DNA of 64,000 nucleotides from Alteromonas sp. (GTDB lineage: Bacteria > Margulisbacteria > Marinamargulisbacteria > UBA6595), in NCBI GenBank assembly GCA_964220215.1, contig CAXPTH010000021.1, forward strand, positions 926-64,925, written 5' to 3'. Below, piece after piece: positions 8,833 to 18,833 of the stretch. The notes under the pieces were generated by a model. The model made no database searches and had not been told where the DNA came from. It saw only the letters and a program-made list of their open reading frames with translations. The translations under genes and the position numbers were made by a program. The stretch's first letter is position 1, and every line of letters starts with the position of its first letter.

Positions 8833-10638
8833 CTACTTAAACCCCCGCTTGAGTTGCTCAAAATATTGCTTCGTATGCGTGCGAACAACCGGAAACAGCA
8901 TCAGCAACGCAATCCCATTTGGAATAACCATCAGCCCAATGGCCAAGTCCGACAAGCCCAAGACCACCGATAAGTTTAATACCGCACCCAAAAATACAAC
9001 CCCAATAAACACCACCTTAAACACCGGGACAAACCGCTTGCCAAAGGTATACACAACCGCAGTTTCCCCATAATACGACCACGTAATTAAGGTTGAATAG
9101 GCAAAAAATAATACCGCAATCGCCAGAAAAATAGACCCAAATCCCGTAAAGAAGTGATCAAACGCCACCACCGTTAAGTCAATACCGGATAACGATTGCA
9201 CCCACATCAATTGATCAATATGCCACGGCCGATCCGATTGAAATTCTACCCAAATGGGCTGATTCACCCGATCCGCCAGCCCCCATTGAGCCAAATCCAA
9301 TACCACATAATCCCACTGCTCCGAATCCCGAACCATCCACTGACCCGCCGAAGTTGCCGCCGTCTGCACCAACTGAACCGCTACCACCGGCTTGGCCGCA
9401 TCCACCGAGTCATACACACGCACCCACCGATTGCCCGACCCCATGCTCGCAAACCGCAAATGCGTTGCCGTACTGGCCGGTTCCAAGACAATCCGCTCCG
9501 AGCGCTGAACCACATGGCCCAAAAAAGCCAATACATTCCCCGAATAATGCGGCGCCAACGCCAACGGATTGGGCGGTGCTTGATCCGTAACGTGCCACTG
9601 GGTCTGCGTCATCGCCACCCGGTCAAACGTCACCGGATTGCCCGTTTGAAAATACCGCCCATCCCCAAAATACCCACTCATAATAATCACCATCGCCGTG
9701 GCCGTACACACAATCATCGTGTCAATCAAAGGCCCCAACGTCGCCACAACCCCTTCCCGAATCGGGTAATTTGTTTTAACCGCCGCATGCGCCACAGAAG
9801 CCGAACCCAACCCCGCTTCATTGGAAAACACCCCCCGCCGGACCCCCCAAATCATCACCATGCCCACGGAGCCACCCGCCACCGCACTGCCCGTAAACGC
9901 ATCATACACAATAATAGAAAAAACAGTTGGAATGTGCTGCGCATTCATCACACAAATGATAATGGCCGCAATCAAATACACCGCACACATCACCGGAACA
10001 ATACGAGCCGCCACCCGACCAATCCGACCAATTCCCCCCACAATCACCACCCCCACAACCCCCATCAACACCAAACCCGTCACCCACGCCGGAATCCCAT
10101 GATGAGTCGCCAATACCGAAGCCGCTTGATTGGCTTGAAACAAATTGCCCGCCCCATACGCCCCCAACATTAGAAAAAAACCGTAAATTAAAGCCAACGG
10201 GCGCCAGCGTGGCCCCAAACCTTTTTCAATATAATACATCGGGCCACCGTAGACGACACCCGTTTTAGTGTCCACATGCCGATACTGCGTGCCTAAAAAA
10301 CATTCCGCATATTTTGTCGCCATCCCAATAAACCCCACCAACCACATCCATAAAATAGCCCCCGGCCCCCCCATAGCAATCGCAATGGACACCCCCGCAA
10401 TGTTGCCCAAGCCAATGGTCCCGGAGAGCGCCGCCGACAAGGCTTGAAAATGGGTGATTTGACCCGTTTCATTGGGATCATCGTACCGACCCTGAACCAA
10501 GGCCAACGCATGGGAAAAGGACCGAAGCTGAATCAAGCGCAACCGTAGGGTATAATAAACACCCAGACACAGACACAGCCCTGTAACTGGATAATACCAA
10601 ACCCAACCGACTAACGTTGTTATAATTGCTTCAACCAT
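8833..10638 (-). CDS. Alanine/glycine:cation symporter (AGCS) family transporter with a ~150-aa inserted domain
   Basis: N-terminal QALSAALSGTIGLGNIAGVSIAIAMGGPGAILWMW and C-terminal FAYSTLITWSYYGE are AGCS hallmarks. At 601 aa it is longer than the ~450-480 aa I recall as typical. Confidence 0.85.
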   Translation of the reverse strand: MVEAIITTLVGWVWYYPVTGLCLCLGVYYTLRLRLIQLRSFSHALALVQGRYDDPNETGQITHFQALSAALSGTIGLGNIAGVSIAIAMGGPGAILWMWLVGFIGMATKYAECFLGTQYRHVDTKTGVVYGGPMYYIEKGLGPRWRPLALIYGFFLMLGAYGAGNLFQANQAASVLATHHGIPAWVTGLVLMGVVGVVIVGGIGRIGRVAARIVPVMCAVYLIAAIIICVMNAQHIPTVFSIIVYDAFTGSAVAGGSVGMVMIWGVRRGVFSNEAGLGSASVAHAAVKTNYPIREGVVATLGPLIDTMIVCTATAMVIIMSGYFGDGRYFQTGNPVTFDRVAMTQTQWHVTDQAPPNPLALAPHYSGNVLAFLGHVVQRSERIVLEPASTATHLRFASMGSGNRWVRVYDSVDAAKPVVAVQLVQTAATSAGQWMVRDSEQWDYVVLDLAQWGLADRVNQPIWVEFQSDRPWHIDQLMWVQSLSGIDLTVVAFDHFFTGFGSIFLAIAVLFFAYSTLITWSYYGETAVVYTFGKRFVPVFKVVFIGVVFLGAVLNLSVVLGLSDLAIGLMVIPNGIALLMLFPVVRTHTKQYFEQLKRGFK

Positions 10639-10739
10639 GGTGATAAACTTGGCAGTATTTTACCAAGTATTGAGTTGATGCGCAAGCATAGTATATACTA
10701 TAGTTCTCTATATTAAGAGAGTACTATAGAGACGATACA

Positions 10740-11126
10740 ATGAACACACACACAGCCCGATCCATAACCTGCAGAACCCTATTGGTTCCGGTTATGTCAG
10801 CACTCTTAATTCTGAGCTTCGCAATCGAAATCGCCACATTGCCCATAAACGCAACCCCACTGTACGCCGGTAACGTGGACATTTTGATTATCGAGTCCGA
10901 TACCTACTACATCGATGAAACCGACCCCACCCACGACGACTACCAGCACTACAACGACTACGATCAAGGATACAGCCCCTACGAATTGTATGGCGAGGAC
11001 CAAAACCAATACTGGGAAAGCCCCGCCGGCAATGTCTTTGACATCATCGAACAAAACCTAATGCTCGATAACCCCAATGACCAAGACGACGGCATTTATT
11101 TCCAAGACGGGTTCCAAACGATTTAA
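10740..11126 (+). CDS. Hypothetical small secreted/anchored acidic protein (D/Y/N/Q-rich)
   Basis: 128-aa ORF with an N-terminal hydrophobic signal-like segment (LLVPVMSALLILSFAIEIA). The remainder is strongly acidic and low in complexity. I recognise no family. Confidence 0.4.
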   Translation: MNTHTARSITCRTLLVPVMSALLILSFAIEIATLPINATPLYAGNVDILIIESDTYYIDETDPTHDDYQHYNDYDQGYSPYELYGEDQNQYWESPAGNVFDIIEQNLMLDNPNDQDDGIYFQDGFQTI

Positions 11127-11196
11127 CGCCTAAATTTTGCCCAGTCTATTGCTGAATAAACTCGACAAACGCACCCGTATCCAGTATTCTAGATAG

Positions 11197-12966
11197 ATGA
11201 CGAATGAACAACGCAGGCTAGCCGGTCACCTAAGCAGCCAAACGATCGGGGAAACCGTAACCCTCAACGGTTGGGTGGACGTGGTTCGCGACCATGGCCA
11301 ATTGCTTTTCATTCACTTGCGGGATCACACCGGTATCGTGCAAGTGGTTGTGGATCAGGACAATCCTCACTACGCCCAAAGCAAACAACTGCGTAGCGAG
11401 TACGTGATTGGGGTCACGGGCCCTGTGGTTGAACGCGAGGCATCGGCTAAAAACCCCGACATGCCCACCGGCGAGATTGAAGTGCATATTACCAGCCTCA
11501 TCGTTTTCAATACCGCTGAAACACCCCCGTTTGTTGTGAGTGAGAAAGACACCCACAGTGTCGATGAAGATATTCGATTGCAACACCGCTATCTGGATCT
11601 GCGCCGGCCCACCATGCAACAGCGGTTAATCCAACGGCACCGCATCGTCAAAACCATCCGCGATTACTTTGATCGGCATGACTTTATCGAAGTTGAAACC
11701 CCCATGCTCACCCGAAGCACGCCCGAAGGCGCTCGTGACTACTTGGTGCCCAGCCGCGTGCACGATGGCAGTTTCTATGCCCTGCCACAATCCCCCCAAC
11801 TGTTTAAACAATTGCTCATGATGAGTGGCTTGGGCCGCTACATGCAGATTGCACGGTGTTTCCGCGATGAGGACCTCCGCCCCAATCGACAACCCGAATT
11901 TACCCAGTTGGACTTTGAGGCCAGCTTCATTGATGAGCACTTTATTATGGATTTAATCAATCCCCTGATGCAGACATTATTTGCCGAAGCGAATCTCCCT
12001 TTTACACAACCCGTTCGCACCCTAACCTATGCCGATGCCATAGCCCGTTACGGCAGTGATAAGCCCGATCTGCGATTTGGTCTTGAGTTTGTTGACTTAT
12101 CCCCAGTATTTGGCGAGACAGCCTACAAAATTTTTCGAAGCATTTTAGACAACGGGGGCTGCATCAAAGGCATTCGACTCCCCAAGCAGTCCCCCAATTT
12201 AAGCAAAAGCCGACTCCAAGACCATTATGCCAAAACAGTCGTCCCGCAGTTGGGGGGTAAAGGGATGACGTGGTTGCGGGTTGTGGACAACCAACTCGAA
12301 TCCAGCGTGCTGCAATTCTTTTCAGATACAGAACAAGCCAACCTCAAAACGGCCATGGCTGCTGAATCCGATGATGTGATCATGATTATTGCCGATACCG
12401 ACCCACAGGTAGTGCACGATGTTTTGGGCGACCTACGCCTGCATGTCGCTCGGGATTTAGATTTAATTGATAGCCAAAAAGTCATCGGTTGCTGGATTAC
12501 CGAATTTCCACTATTTGAAAAACGCAACGGGCAACTTAATTTGTTGCATCACCCATTCACACAACCCACCACCGATATTACCCAACTCACAACGGAAGCT
12601 GAGTACCTAAGCATCACCGCTCGGGCCTACGATCTGGTCATCAATGGGGAGGAAATTGGGGGGGGTAGCATTCGGATTCACGATGCCACCATTCAAAACA
12701 AAGTCTTTGATATTGCCGGACTGAGCGATGCTGACATCCACGAAAAATTTGGGTTTTTTATCCAGGCGTTACAATACGGAACCCCACCGCATGGGGGCAT
12801 GGCTGTCGGATTGGACCGGCTCGTTGCCATGTTGTGCCAAACCGAGTCCATCCGCGACGTGATCGCATTTCCTAAAAATCGGATGGCCGTATGCCCGCTC
12901 ACCAAAGCACCGGCATCGGTCCACGCCGATCAACTCAACGAACTAAACATACAACTACGAGGTTAA
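11197..12966 (+). CDS. aspS: Aspartate--tRNA ligase
   Basis: 589 aa. N-terminal OB-fold anticodon-binding domain. Class II motifs (FIEVETPML, FRDEDLRPNRQPEFTQLD, GGMAVGLDRL). Confidence 0.95.
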   Translation: MTNEQRRLAGHLSSQTIGETVTLNGWVDVVRDHGQLLFIHLRDHTGIVQVVVDQDNPHYAQSKQLRSEYVIGVTGPVVEREASAKNPDMPTGEIEVHITSLIVFNTAETPPFVVSEKDTHSVDEDIRLQHRYLDLRRPTMQQRLIQRHRIVKTIRDYFDRHDFIEVETPMLTRSTPEGARDYLVPSRVHDGSFYALPQSPQLFKQLLMMSGLGRYMQIARCFRDEDLRPNRQPEFTQLDFEASFIDEHFIMDLINPLMQTLFAEANLPFTQPVRTLTYADAIARYGSDKPDLRFGLEFVDLSPVFGETAYKIFRSILDNGGCIKGIRLPKQSPNLSKSRLQDHYAKTVVPQLGGKGMTWLRVVDNQLESSVLQFFSDTEQANLKTAMAAESDDVIMIIADTDPQVVHDVLGDLRLHVARDLDLIDSQKVIGCWITEFPLFEKRNGQLNLLHHPFTQPTTDITQLTTEAEYLSITARAYDLVINGEEIGGGSIRIHDATIQNKVFDIAGLSDADIHEKFGFFIQALQYGTPPHGGMAVGLDRLVAMLCQTESIRDVIAFPKNRMAVCPLTKAPASVHADQLNELNIQLRG

Positions 12967-12970
12967 CATT

Positions 12971-14575
12971 ATGAGTCAAACTATTTTATTTTCTGAATTG
13001 GGATTATCCCAAGAAACACTGGCTGCCATCACAGCCAAAGGGTTTCAACACCCCACACCCGTTCAAGCTGAAACCATTCCGCGCATTCTGAACGGCACCA
13101 ATCATATTATTGCTCAAGCCCAAACAGGGACCGGAAAAACCGCCGCATTTGGCTTGCCCATTCTGGATACACTGGATTTTAGTGCCAAGCATACCCAAGC
13201 GTTAATTTTAGTGCCCACTCGGGAATTGGCCGGCCAAGTGTGTGCCGAATTGGTCTCCCTGTCGGGGCAAAACAAAAACACCATTATTCCCGTGTATGGC
13301 GGACAACCCATGGACACCCAATGCCGAGCCCTCAAGCGTGGGGCCTGCATCGTTGTGGGGACACCCGGCCGGGTCATTGACCATCTAAAACGCAAAACCT
13401 TGCGCGTGGATCAAGCGCGCTACTTGATTTTGGATGAAGCCGATGAAATGCTGAACATGGGCTTTATCGAAGACATTGAATCGGTTATGGAATACACCCC
13501 TAAAGATACCCGAATTTTACTCTTTTCTGCCACCATGCCGGATCGCATCCGAACCTTGGCCGCCAACTATATCCCCGATTACGAACACATCAAAATCAAG
13601 TCCAAAGCCGTCACTACCCCCCTCACCGAGCAACTGTACTTTGAGGTTAAAAATCGGGATAAATTCGAAGCGTTGTGCCGCATTATTGACCATCAAGTGG
13701 GGTTTTATGGCATGATCTTTTGCCGAACCAAGCGCGATGTCGATGAGATCAACAACCAACTGATTCAACGCGGCTATACCAGCGAGCCGATTCACGGCGA
13801 TATCAACCAAACCCAACGGGAACGCACGCTCAGCCGGTTCCGAAAAAAAACGATTCATATTTTAGTCGCAACCGATGTGGCCGCTCGTGGGATTGATGTA
13901 GACAACCTCACCCACGTTATCAATTATGCCCTACCCCAAGACCCAGAAAGCTACGTGCACCGGATTGGCCGAACCGGCCGGGCTGGCCAAAGCGGTACCG
14001 CTATTACCCTCATGACTAGCAACGAATACCGCCAACTGGTATTCATTCAAAAACTGGCCAAAACAACAATCGAACGCCGTCAATTACCGGCCGTGTCTGA
14101 AATTGTTGAAAACAAGAAAAAAAGCATTACCGATCGATTGGAATCTCAACGCGATACCCGTGTGGGCAACCAATACCGCCAATGGGCCGAAGAACTACTC
14201 ACCGATGCCGACCCAACCACCACGGTTGCCACCATTTTACAACACTGTTTTGACAGCGTACTTAGTACCGATCAATATGCCGATATTGACACGTCCGTTA
14301 AATCCGGAAAAAAAGGCCGAGACGGGGGCATGGACAGCCACGGAAAAGCCCGCTTGTTTGTGGCCAAAGGCAAACGCGACAAAATAACACCCAAAGGCAT
14401 TATTGCATTAATCAAAACCCATGTTAAAATTAAAGACTCGGATATCCGACAAATTCAAATCATGGAAAACTTTTCATTTGTAAATTTACCGTTTGATCAC
14501 GCCGAAACACTCGTGCGCAATCTAAAAAACAGCAACGAACGGCCCATCATTACCTACGCAAAAAAGAAGCGGTGA
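12971..14575 (+). CDS. DEAD-box ATP-dependent RNA helicase with DbpA-type C-terminal RNA-binding domain
   Basis: Motifs Q (GFQHPTPVQ), AQTGTGKT, DEAD, SAT and HRIGRTGRAG, followed by a C-terminal DbpA-like RBD. Confidence 0.9.
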   Translation: MSQTILFSELGLSQETLAAITAKGFQHPTPVQAETIPRILNGTNHIIAQAQTGTGKTAAFGLPILDTLDFSAKHTQALILVPTRELAGQVCAELVSLSGQNKNTIIPVYGGQPMDTQCRALKRGACIVVGTPGRVIDHLKRKTLRVDQARYLILDEADEMLNMGFIEDIESVMEYTPKDTRILLFSATMPDRIRTLAANYIPDYEHIKIKSKAVTTPLTEQLYFEVKNRDKFEALCRIIDHQVGFYGMIFCRTKRDVDEINNQLIQRGYTSEPIHGDINQTQRERTLSRFRKKTIHILVATDVAARGIDVDNLTHVINYALPQDPESYVHRIGRTGRAGQSGTAITLMTSNEYRQLVFIQKLAKTTIERRQLPAVSEIVENKKKSITDRLESQRDTRVGNQYRQWAEELLTDADPTTTVATILQHCFDSVLSTDQYADIDTSVKSGKKGRDGGMDSHGKARLFVAKGKRDKITPKGIIALIKTHVKIKDSDIRQIQIMENFSFVNLPFDHAETLVRNLKNSNERPIITYAKKKR

Positions 14576-17500
14576 CCCGCGTTATCGCGTTTTTTATTCA
14601 AAACCCCATTTGGGTCCGAGCCATTATGATCGGGCTGGTGGGGTTTGGTTTGGTATCCCTCAATAGCCTCAACAGTTCTTTTTTTGCACCCATTGACCCC
14701 AAAACCATCACCGTTTCAGCCACCTACCCCGGGGCATCCCCCGAAGAAATCGAACGGGGGATTATTTTAAAAATTGAATCCAATTTAACCAACCTGGACG
14801 GCATCGCCCGGATGACGTCCCAATCGTACGAAAACCGCGGAAGCCTAACCCTTGAACTCAAAAAAACAGCCAACGGCGCAACGGTCCTGGAAGACGTTAA
14901 ACAAGCCATTGACCGCATCAGCACCTTCCCCAGCGGCATGGAACCCCCCATCATTAGCAAAACCAAAATTATTGACCGGGCCATTCGCATTGTACTCACG
15001 GGGGATACCGATCTCAAAACCCTCAAAACAACCGCCAAAAAAATTGAAAACGACCTGAGAGCCTCCGGTAAAATCAGCATCATTGAGCTCAGCGGCTTTC
15101 CCAATGAAGAAATCGACGTCCAAGTCACCGAAGCCAATCTACTGGCCCACAACCTAACCATTCGTGCCGTGGGCCAAGCCATTCGCAATGCCAACATCGA
15201 AATCACCGGCGGGCAAATTGAGCAACGCAACGAAACCTTTCTCATCCGAAGCAATACCAAACGCTACACCGCTGCCGAATTGGGAAGTATTATTGTCAAA
15301 ACCAACCCCGATGGCAGTGTCGTGCGATTAACCGATATCGCCACCGTCACCGACGCCTGGGCCAATACCCCTTACGCCGTGTTTTACAACGGCCAGCCAG
15401 CCGTGACCATTGCCATTAATAAAACACCCAATGAAGATATTTTGGACATTGTTCGCACTGTTCGCCAGTATGCAACCACCTTCAATCAAACCCACACCGA
15501 TATCCAAGCCTACATCAGCGATGACCGCAGCATTAGCCTGCGCCAACGCATCGCCTTACTCTCTAAAAACGGCCTCATGGGCTTTGGCCTGGTCTTGGGT
15601 GTCCTGGGCTTGTTTTTAAACCTGTCCATCGCCTTTTGGGTCGCACTCAGCATCCCCTTATGCTTTATGGGCCTGTTTATTGTGGGCGGTTTTATCGACT
15701 TAACCATCAACGTCATTTCCCTATTTGGCATGATTGTGGTGGTGGGGATTTTGGTCGATGATGGCATTGTTATTGCCGAAAATATTTACCAAAAAATTGA
15801 ATCCGGCATGAACCGGCTCGACGCCGCCATCACCGGAACCGTGGAAGTCCTCCCGTCGGTTACCGCTTCCATCCTGACCACCATGATTGCGTTTATGCCC
15901 TTTTTTTTCATCGATGGCCGCATTTCGGATATTCTCAACGATATGGCCGTGGTGGTTATTATTACACTCGCTATTTCGTGGCTGGAGGGCGCCCTGATTT
16001 TACCGGCCCATATTGCCCATAGCACCCCCCGCCCCATTGGGGCACTCAAACACCGGTTTAATACCTGGGTCGATACCCTGCGCTACACACATTATGCACG
16101 CGCGCTTACACTGGTGTGCCGCCATCGCATCCTAACGGTCCTGGTACCCGTCGGGTTGCTCATGCTGACCCTGACAGCTGTTAAAAGTGGTCGGATTCCA
16201 TTTGCATTTTTCCCCTTTGTCGATTCCGATGCCATTACCGTCCAATTGGCCTTGCCCCCCGGTTCCAGTGAAACACGCACCCTCTATTGGCTGGATACCA
16301 TTGAGGCCAAGGCTATCGAAGTTAACCAAGCCTTTCAAGCCAAACGAGCCGATCAAAAACCCATTATTTTAGCCATTACCAAACAACTCACCGCCGATCA
16401 CAAAGGCCAAGTCTTCCTCCAATTACTCGATGGCGAAACCCGAAATTTAGAAAGCTTTCGCATTACCGAAGCCTTACGCACCGCCGTGGGCACCATCCCC
16501 GAGGCCCAGACCCTTGAATTTGGCTCTCGATCCTTTTTTGGCAAACCCGTTGAAATCTCACTCCTGGGAGACAATCCCAACACGCTCGCTACCGCCAAAG
16601 CCCAGCTCAAAGCCAAACTCATGGCCCACCCCAAACTCAAAGACGTGGTGGAGGCCGATGCCCAAGGCCTGCGTGAAATTCACATTGACCTAAAACCCAA
16701 CGCCTACCGATTGGGCTTCACCAGCCAACAAATTTTGCAACAAATCCGCGACAATATTTTTGGATATGAAGCCCAGCGCTTGCAACGTGGCGACGATGAT
16801 GTGAAAATTCGGGTCCGCTACACCGAGTCCGAACGGCAATCCATTGCCAACCTGGAACGCATGCAAATTTATACCGATTCGGGCCAGCGCTACCCCCTCA
16901 GCAGCTTGGCAGACTTCCGAATCCAACACGGGGTTTTGGCAATCAACCACTTAGATGGGTTCCGAGAAGCCACCGTGTCCGCCGCCTTGGCCAACACCCA
17001 AGCCCCACTCCCCCCCATTTTAGCCGATATCCAAACCACCATCGTGGCCCCCTTATTAACCCAATACCCCACCCTTACCGCCACCTTTGGGGGACAAAAA
17101 CGCGAAACCGATAAAACCACCCAATCGGCTAAAATTGTCTTGCTGGTACTAATTTCAGCCATGTTTATTGTCATTAGCGTGGGGTTGCACTCGTTTTTAC
17201 AAGCCAGCCTGGTCCTTCTGCTTGTCCCGTTCAGCTTCATTGGCGTCGCTTGGGGGCACGCCATTCACGGCATTAGCATTAATATCTTATCCACCTACGG
17301 GATCATCGCCCTCACCGGCATCACCGTTAATGATGCCATTGTGTTGATTAATCGCTTTAACCGCTGCATTCGTGACGGCGATCCGCTCAACACAGCCATC
17401 ATCACCGCGGCAACCACCCGATTCCGAGCCATTATTTTAACCTCCTTAACGACCATTTGCGGCCTGGGCCCCTTGATTTTTGAAACCAGCCGCCAAGCGC

Positions 17501-17718
17501 AGTTTCTCATCCCCATGGCCATTTCAGTTGCCTATGGGCTTATCATCACCACCGTGAGCATTTTGGTCATCGCCCCGCCATTGTTGCTGGGCCTCAATGC
17601 GTGCCGCCGCGGACTTCATTGGCTCAAAACCGGCCATTGGGTCACCCCCGAACAGGTGGAGCCAGCGTACCAGCACGCCCACGTGTATCGGTCATTAAAA
17701 AAAGGAGACACCGTATGA
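14572..17718 (+). CDS. RND efflux transporter permease (AcrB/HAE family)
   Basis: 1048 aa. 12-TM RND topology with two large periplasmic loops. GTG start overlaps the helicase stop (GTGA). Confidence 0.9.
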   Translation: MTRVIAFFIQNPIWVRAIMIGLVGFGLVSLNSLNSSFFAPIDPKTITVSATYPGASPEEIERGIILKIESNLTNLDGIARMTSQSYENRGSLTLELKKTANGATVLEDVKQAIDRISTFPSGMEPPIISKTKIIDRAIRIVLTGDTDLKTLKTTAKKIENDLRASGKISIIELSGFPNEEIDVQVTEANLLAHNLTIRAVGQAIRNANIEITGGQIEQRNETFLIRSNTKRYTAAELGSIIVKTNPDGSVVRLTDIATVTDAWANTPYAVFYNGQPAVTIAINKTPNEDILDIVRTVRQYATTFNQTHTDIQAYISDDRSISLRQRIALLSKNGLMGFGLVLGVLGLFLNLSIAFWVALSIPLCFMGLFIVGGFIDLTINVISLFGMIVVVGILVDDGIVIAENIYQKIESGMNRLDAAITGTVEVLPSVTASILTTMIAFMPFFFIDGRISDILNDMAVVVIITLAISWLEGALILPAHIAHSTPRPIGALKHRFNTWVDTLRYTHYARALTLVCRHRILTVLVPVGLLMLTLTAVKSGRIPFAFFPFVDSDAITVQLALPPGSSETRTLYWLDTIEAKAIEVNQAFQAKRADQKPIILAITKQLTADHKGQVFLQLLDGETRNLESFRITEALRTAVGTIPEAQTLEFGSRSFFGKPVEISLLGDNPNTLATAKAQLKAKLMAHPKLKDVVEADAQGLREIHIDLKPNAYRLGFTSQQILQQIRDNIFGYEAQRLQRGDDDVKIRVRYTESERQSIANLERMQIYTDSGQRYPLSSLADFRIQHGVLAINHLDGFREATVSAALANTQAPLPPILADIQTTIVAPLLTQYPTLTATFGGQKRETDKTTQSAKIVLLVLISAMFIVISVGLHSFLQASLVLLLVPFSFIGVAWGHAIHGISINILSTYGIIALTGITVNDAIVLINRFNRCIRDGDPLNTAIITAATTRFRAIILTSLTTICGLGPLIFETSRQAQFLIPMAISVAYGLIITTVSILVIAPPLLLGLNACRRGLHWLKTGHWVTPEQVEPAYQHAHVYRSLKKGDTV

Positions 17719-18833
17719 TTAAATCTGTAACCTGGGTTCGCCTTGGCCTTGGCCTTGGCCTTATACTCGCCATTGCCATACTCAACCACACCCTAGGACA
17801 ACCCGATAGCGACCCGGCACAATCCCCCCCACCGGCCCGCATCCCCATCGTGGACACCCAACCCGTCCGCAACCAAACCCACCGCGGCAGCCTCGTTGTC
17901 TACGGCCAAATTAAAGCCGTGGATACCGTGAACTGGGTAGCGGCTGTCCCTGGCGTTATTCAACCCACTCGCGTGCAGTTTCAAGCGGGGATTCCATTCA
18001 AAAAAGGCGATGTTCTCATTGCCATTGATAACCGCGAGCAACGCTATCAGCTCAATGCGGCCACCAGCGCATTCATGACCCGCATTATTCAACTCATCGC
18101 CGAGTTAGACATCGACTACCCCGACCAAGCCCCCCCATGGCGACAATTTTTAAGCCAAATCCAACTGGACCACCCCTTGCCCGAATTGCCCAACAGCGAT
18201 ACCCGCATCCGCTATCGCTTGGCCGCCCTAGGCATTTTAAGCGATTATTATGCCATCCAAAAGCAGGCCGTTGTGTTGGAAAAATACACCTTAATCGCCC
18301 CATTTGATGGCGCCGTGAAAACCAGTGCCGTTCGCCCCAACACCTACGTATCCCCCGGGCAGCCCTTGGGAACCATCATGGACCTCAGCCAGCTGCACAT
18401 CCACAGTGCCGTTCGTATGGAACAGGCGCAATTTCTAGATCCTGACAGCCCCGTTCAGGTGGCTGCCACAGCACTGAACCAAACCTGGACCGGCACCCTC
18501 ACCGCCATCAACGCCAACATCGACCCCAGCACCCAAAGTGTCCCCATTACGGTGGCCTTACCGCCTAAAACCAACGCTCGCGATGGCACCCACGTCTCCA
18601 TGACCACCACCACCCGACCCATCCCCAACGTGATGCGCATTGATCAACAGCTCCTCGTCAACAATACCGCCGTTTATGGCGTGGATGCCGCCACATTGGT
18701 CGCCTATCCCGTGACCGTCGTCTTGCGCGAAACCGATACCCTCTTGGTGCGGGGCCTCCCGGATAATCGGGTTATTTTGTCAAAGCCGGTACCCGGTGCC
18801 TACGTGGGCATGCCCGTACAACCCACACCATGA
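17715..18833 (+). CDS. Efflux RND periplasmic adaptor (membrane fusion protein)
   Basis: ATGA overlap with the RND stop. N-terminal anchor, a lipoyl/barrel-sandwich region (GVIQPTRVQFQAGIPFKKGDVLIAID), then a coiled-coil hairpin and beta-barrel region. Confidence 0.8.
   Translation: MIKSVTWVRLGLGLGLILAIAILNHTLGQPDSDPAQSPPPARIPIVDTQPVRNQTHRGSLVVYGQIKAVDTVNWVAAVPGVIQPTRVQFQAGIPFKKGDVLIAIDNREQRYQLNAATSAFMTRIIQLIAELDIDYPDQAPPWRQFLSQIQLDHPLPELPNSDTRIRYRLAALGILSDYYAIQKQAVVLEKYTLIAPFDGAVKTSAVRPNTYVSPGQPLGTIMDLSQLHIHSAVRMEQAQFLDPDSPVQVAATALNQTWTGTLTAINANIDPSTQSVPITVALPPKTNARDGTHVSMTTTTRPIPNVMRIDQQLLVNNTAVYGVDAATLVAYPVTVVLRETDTLLVRGLPDNRVILSKPVPGAYVGMPVQPTP

Noticed and set aside
9196-10173. 325-aa + strand ORF rich in H/R/P/N
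   Set aside because: It is antisense to the well-supported AGCS transporter gene, and its composition is typical of a reverse-frame artefact.
14724-15260. 178-aa minus-strand ORF, plus other antisense ORFs within the RND gene
   Set aside because: It is antisense to a strongly supported RND permease gene and is R/S/M-rich with low complexity.
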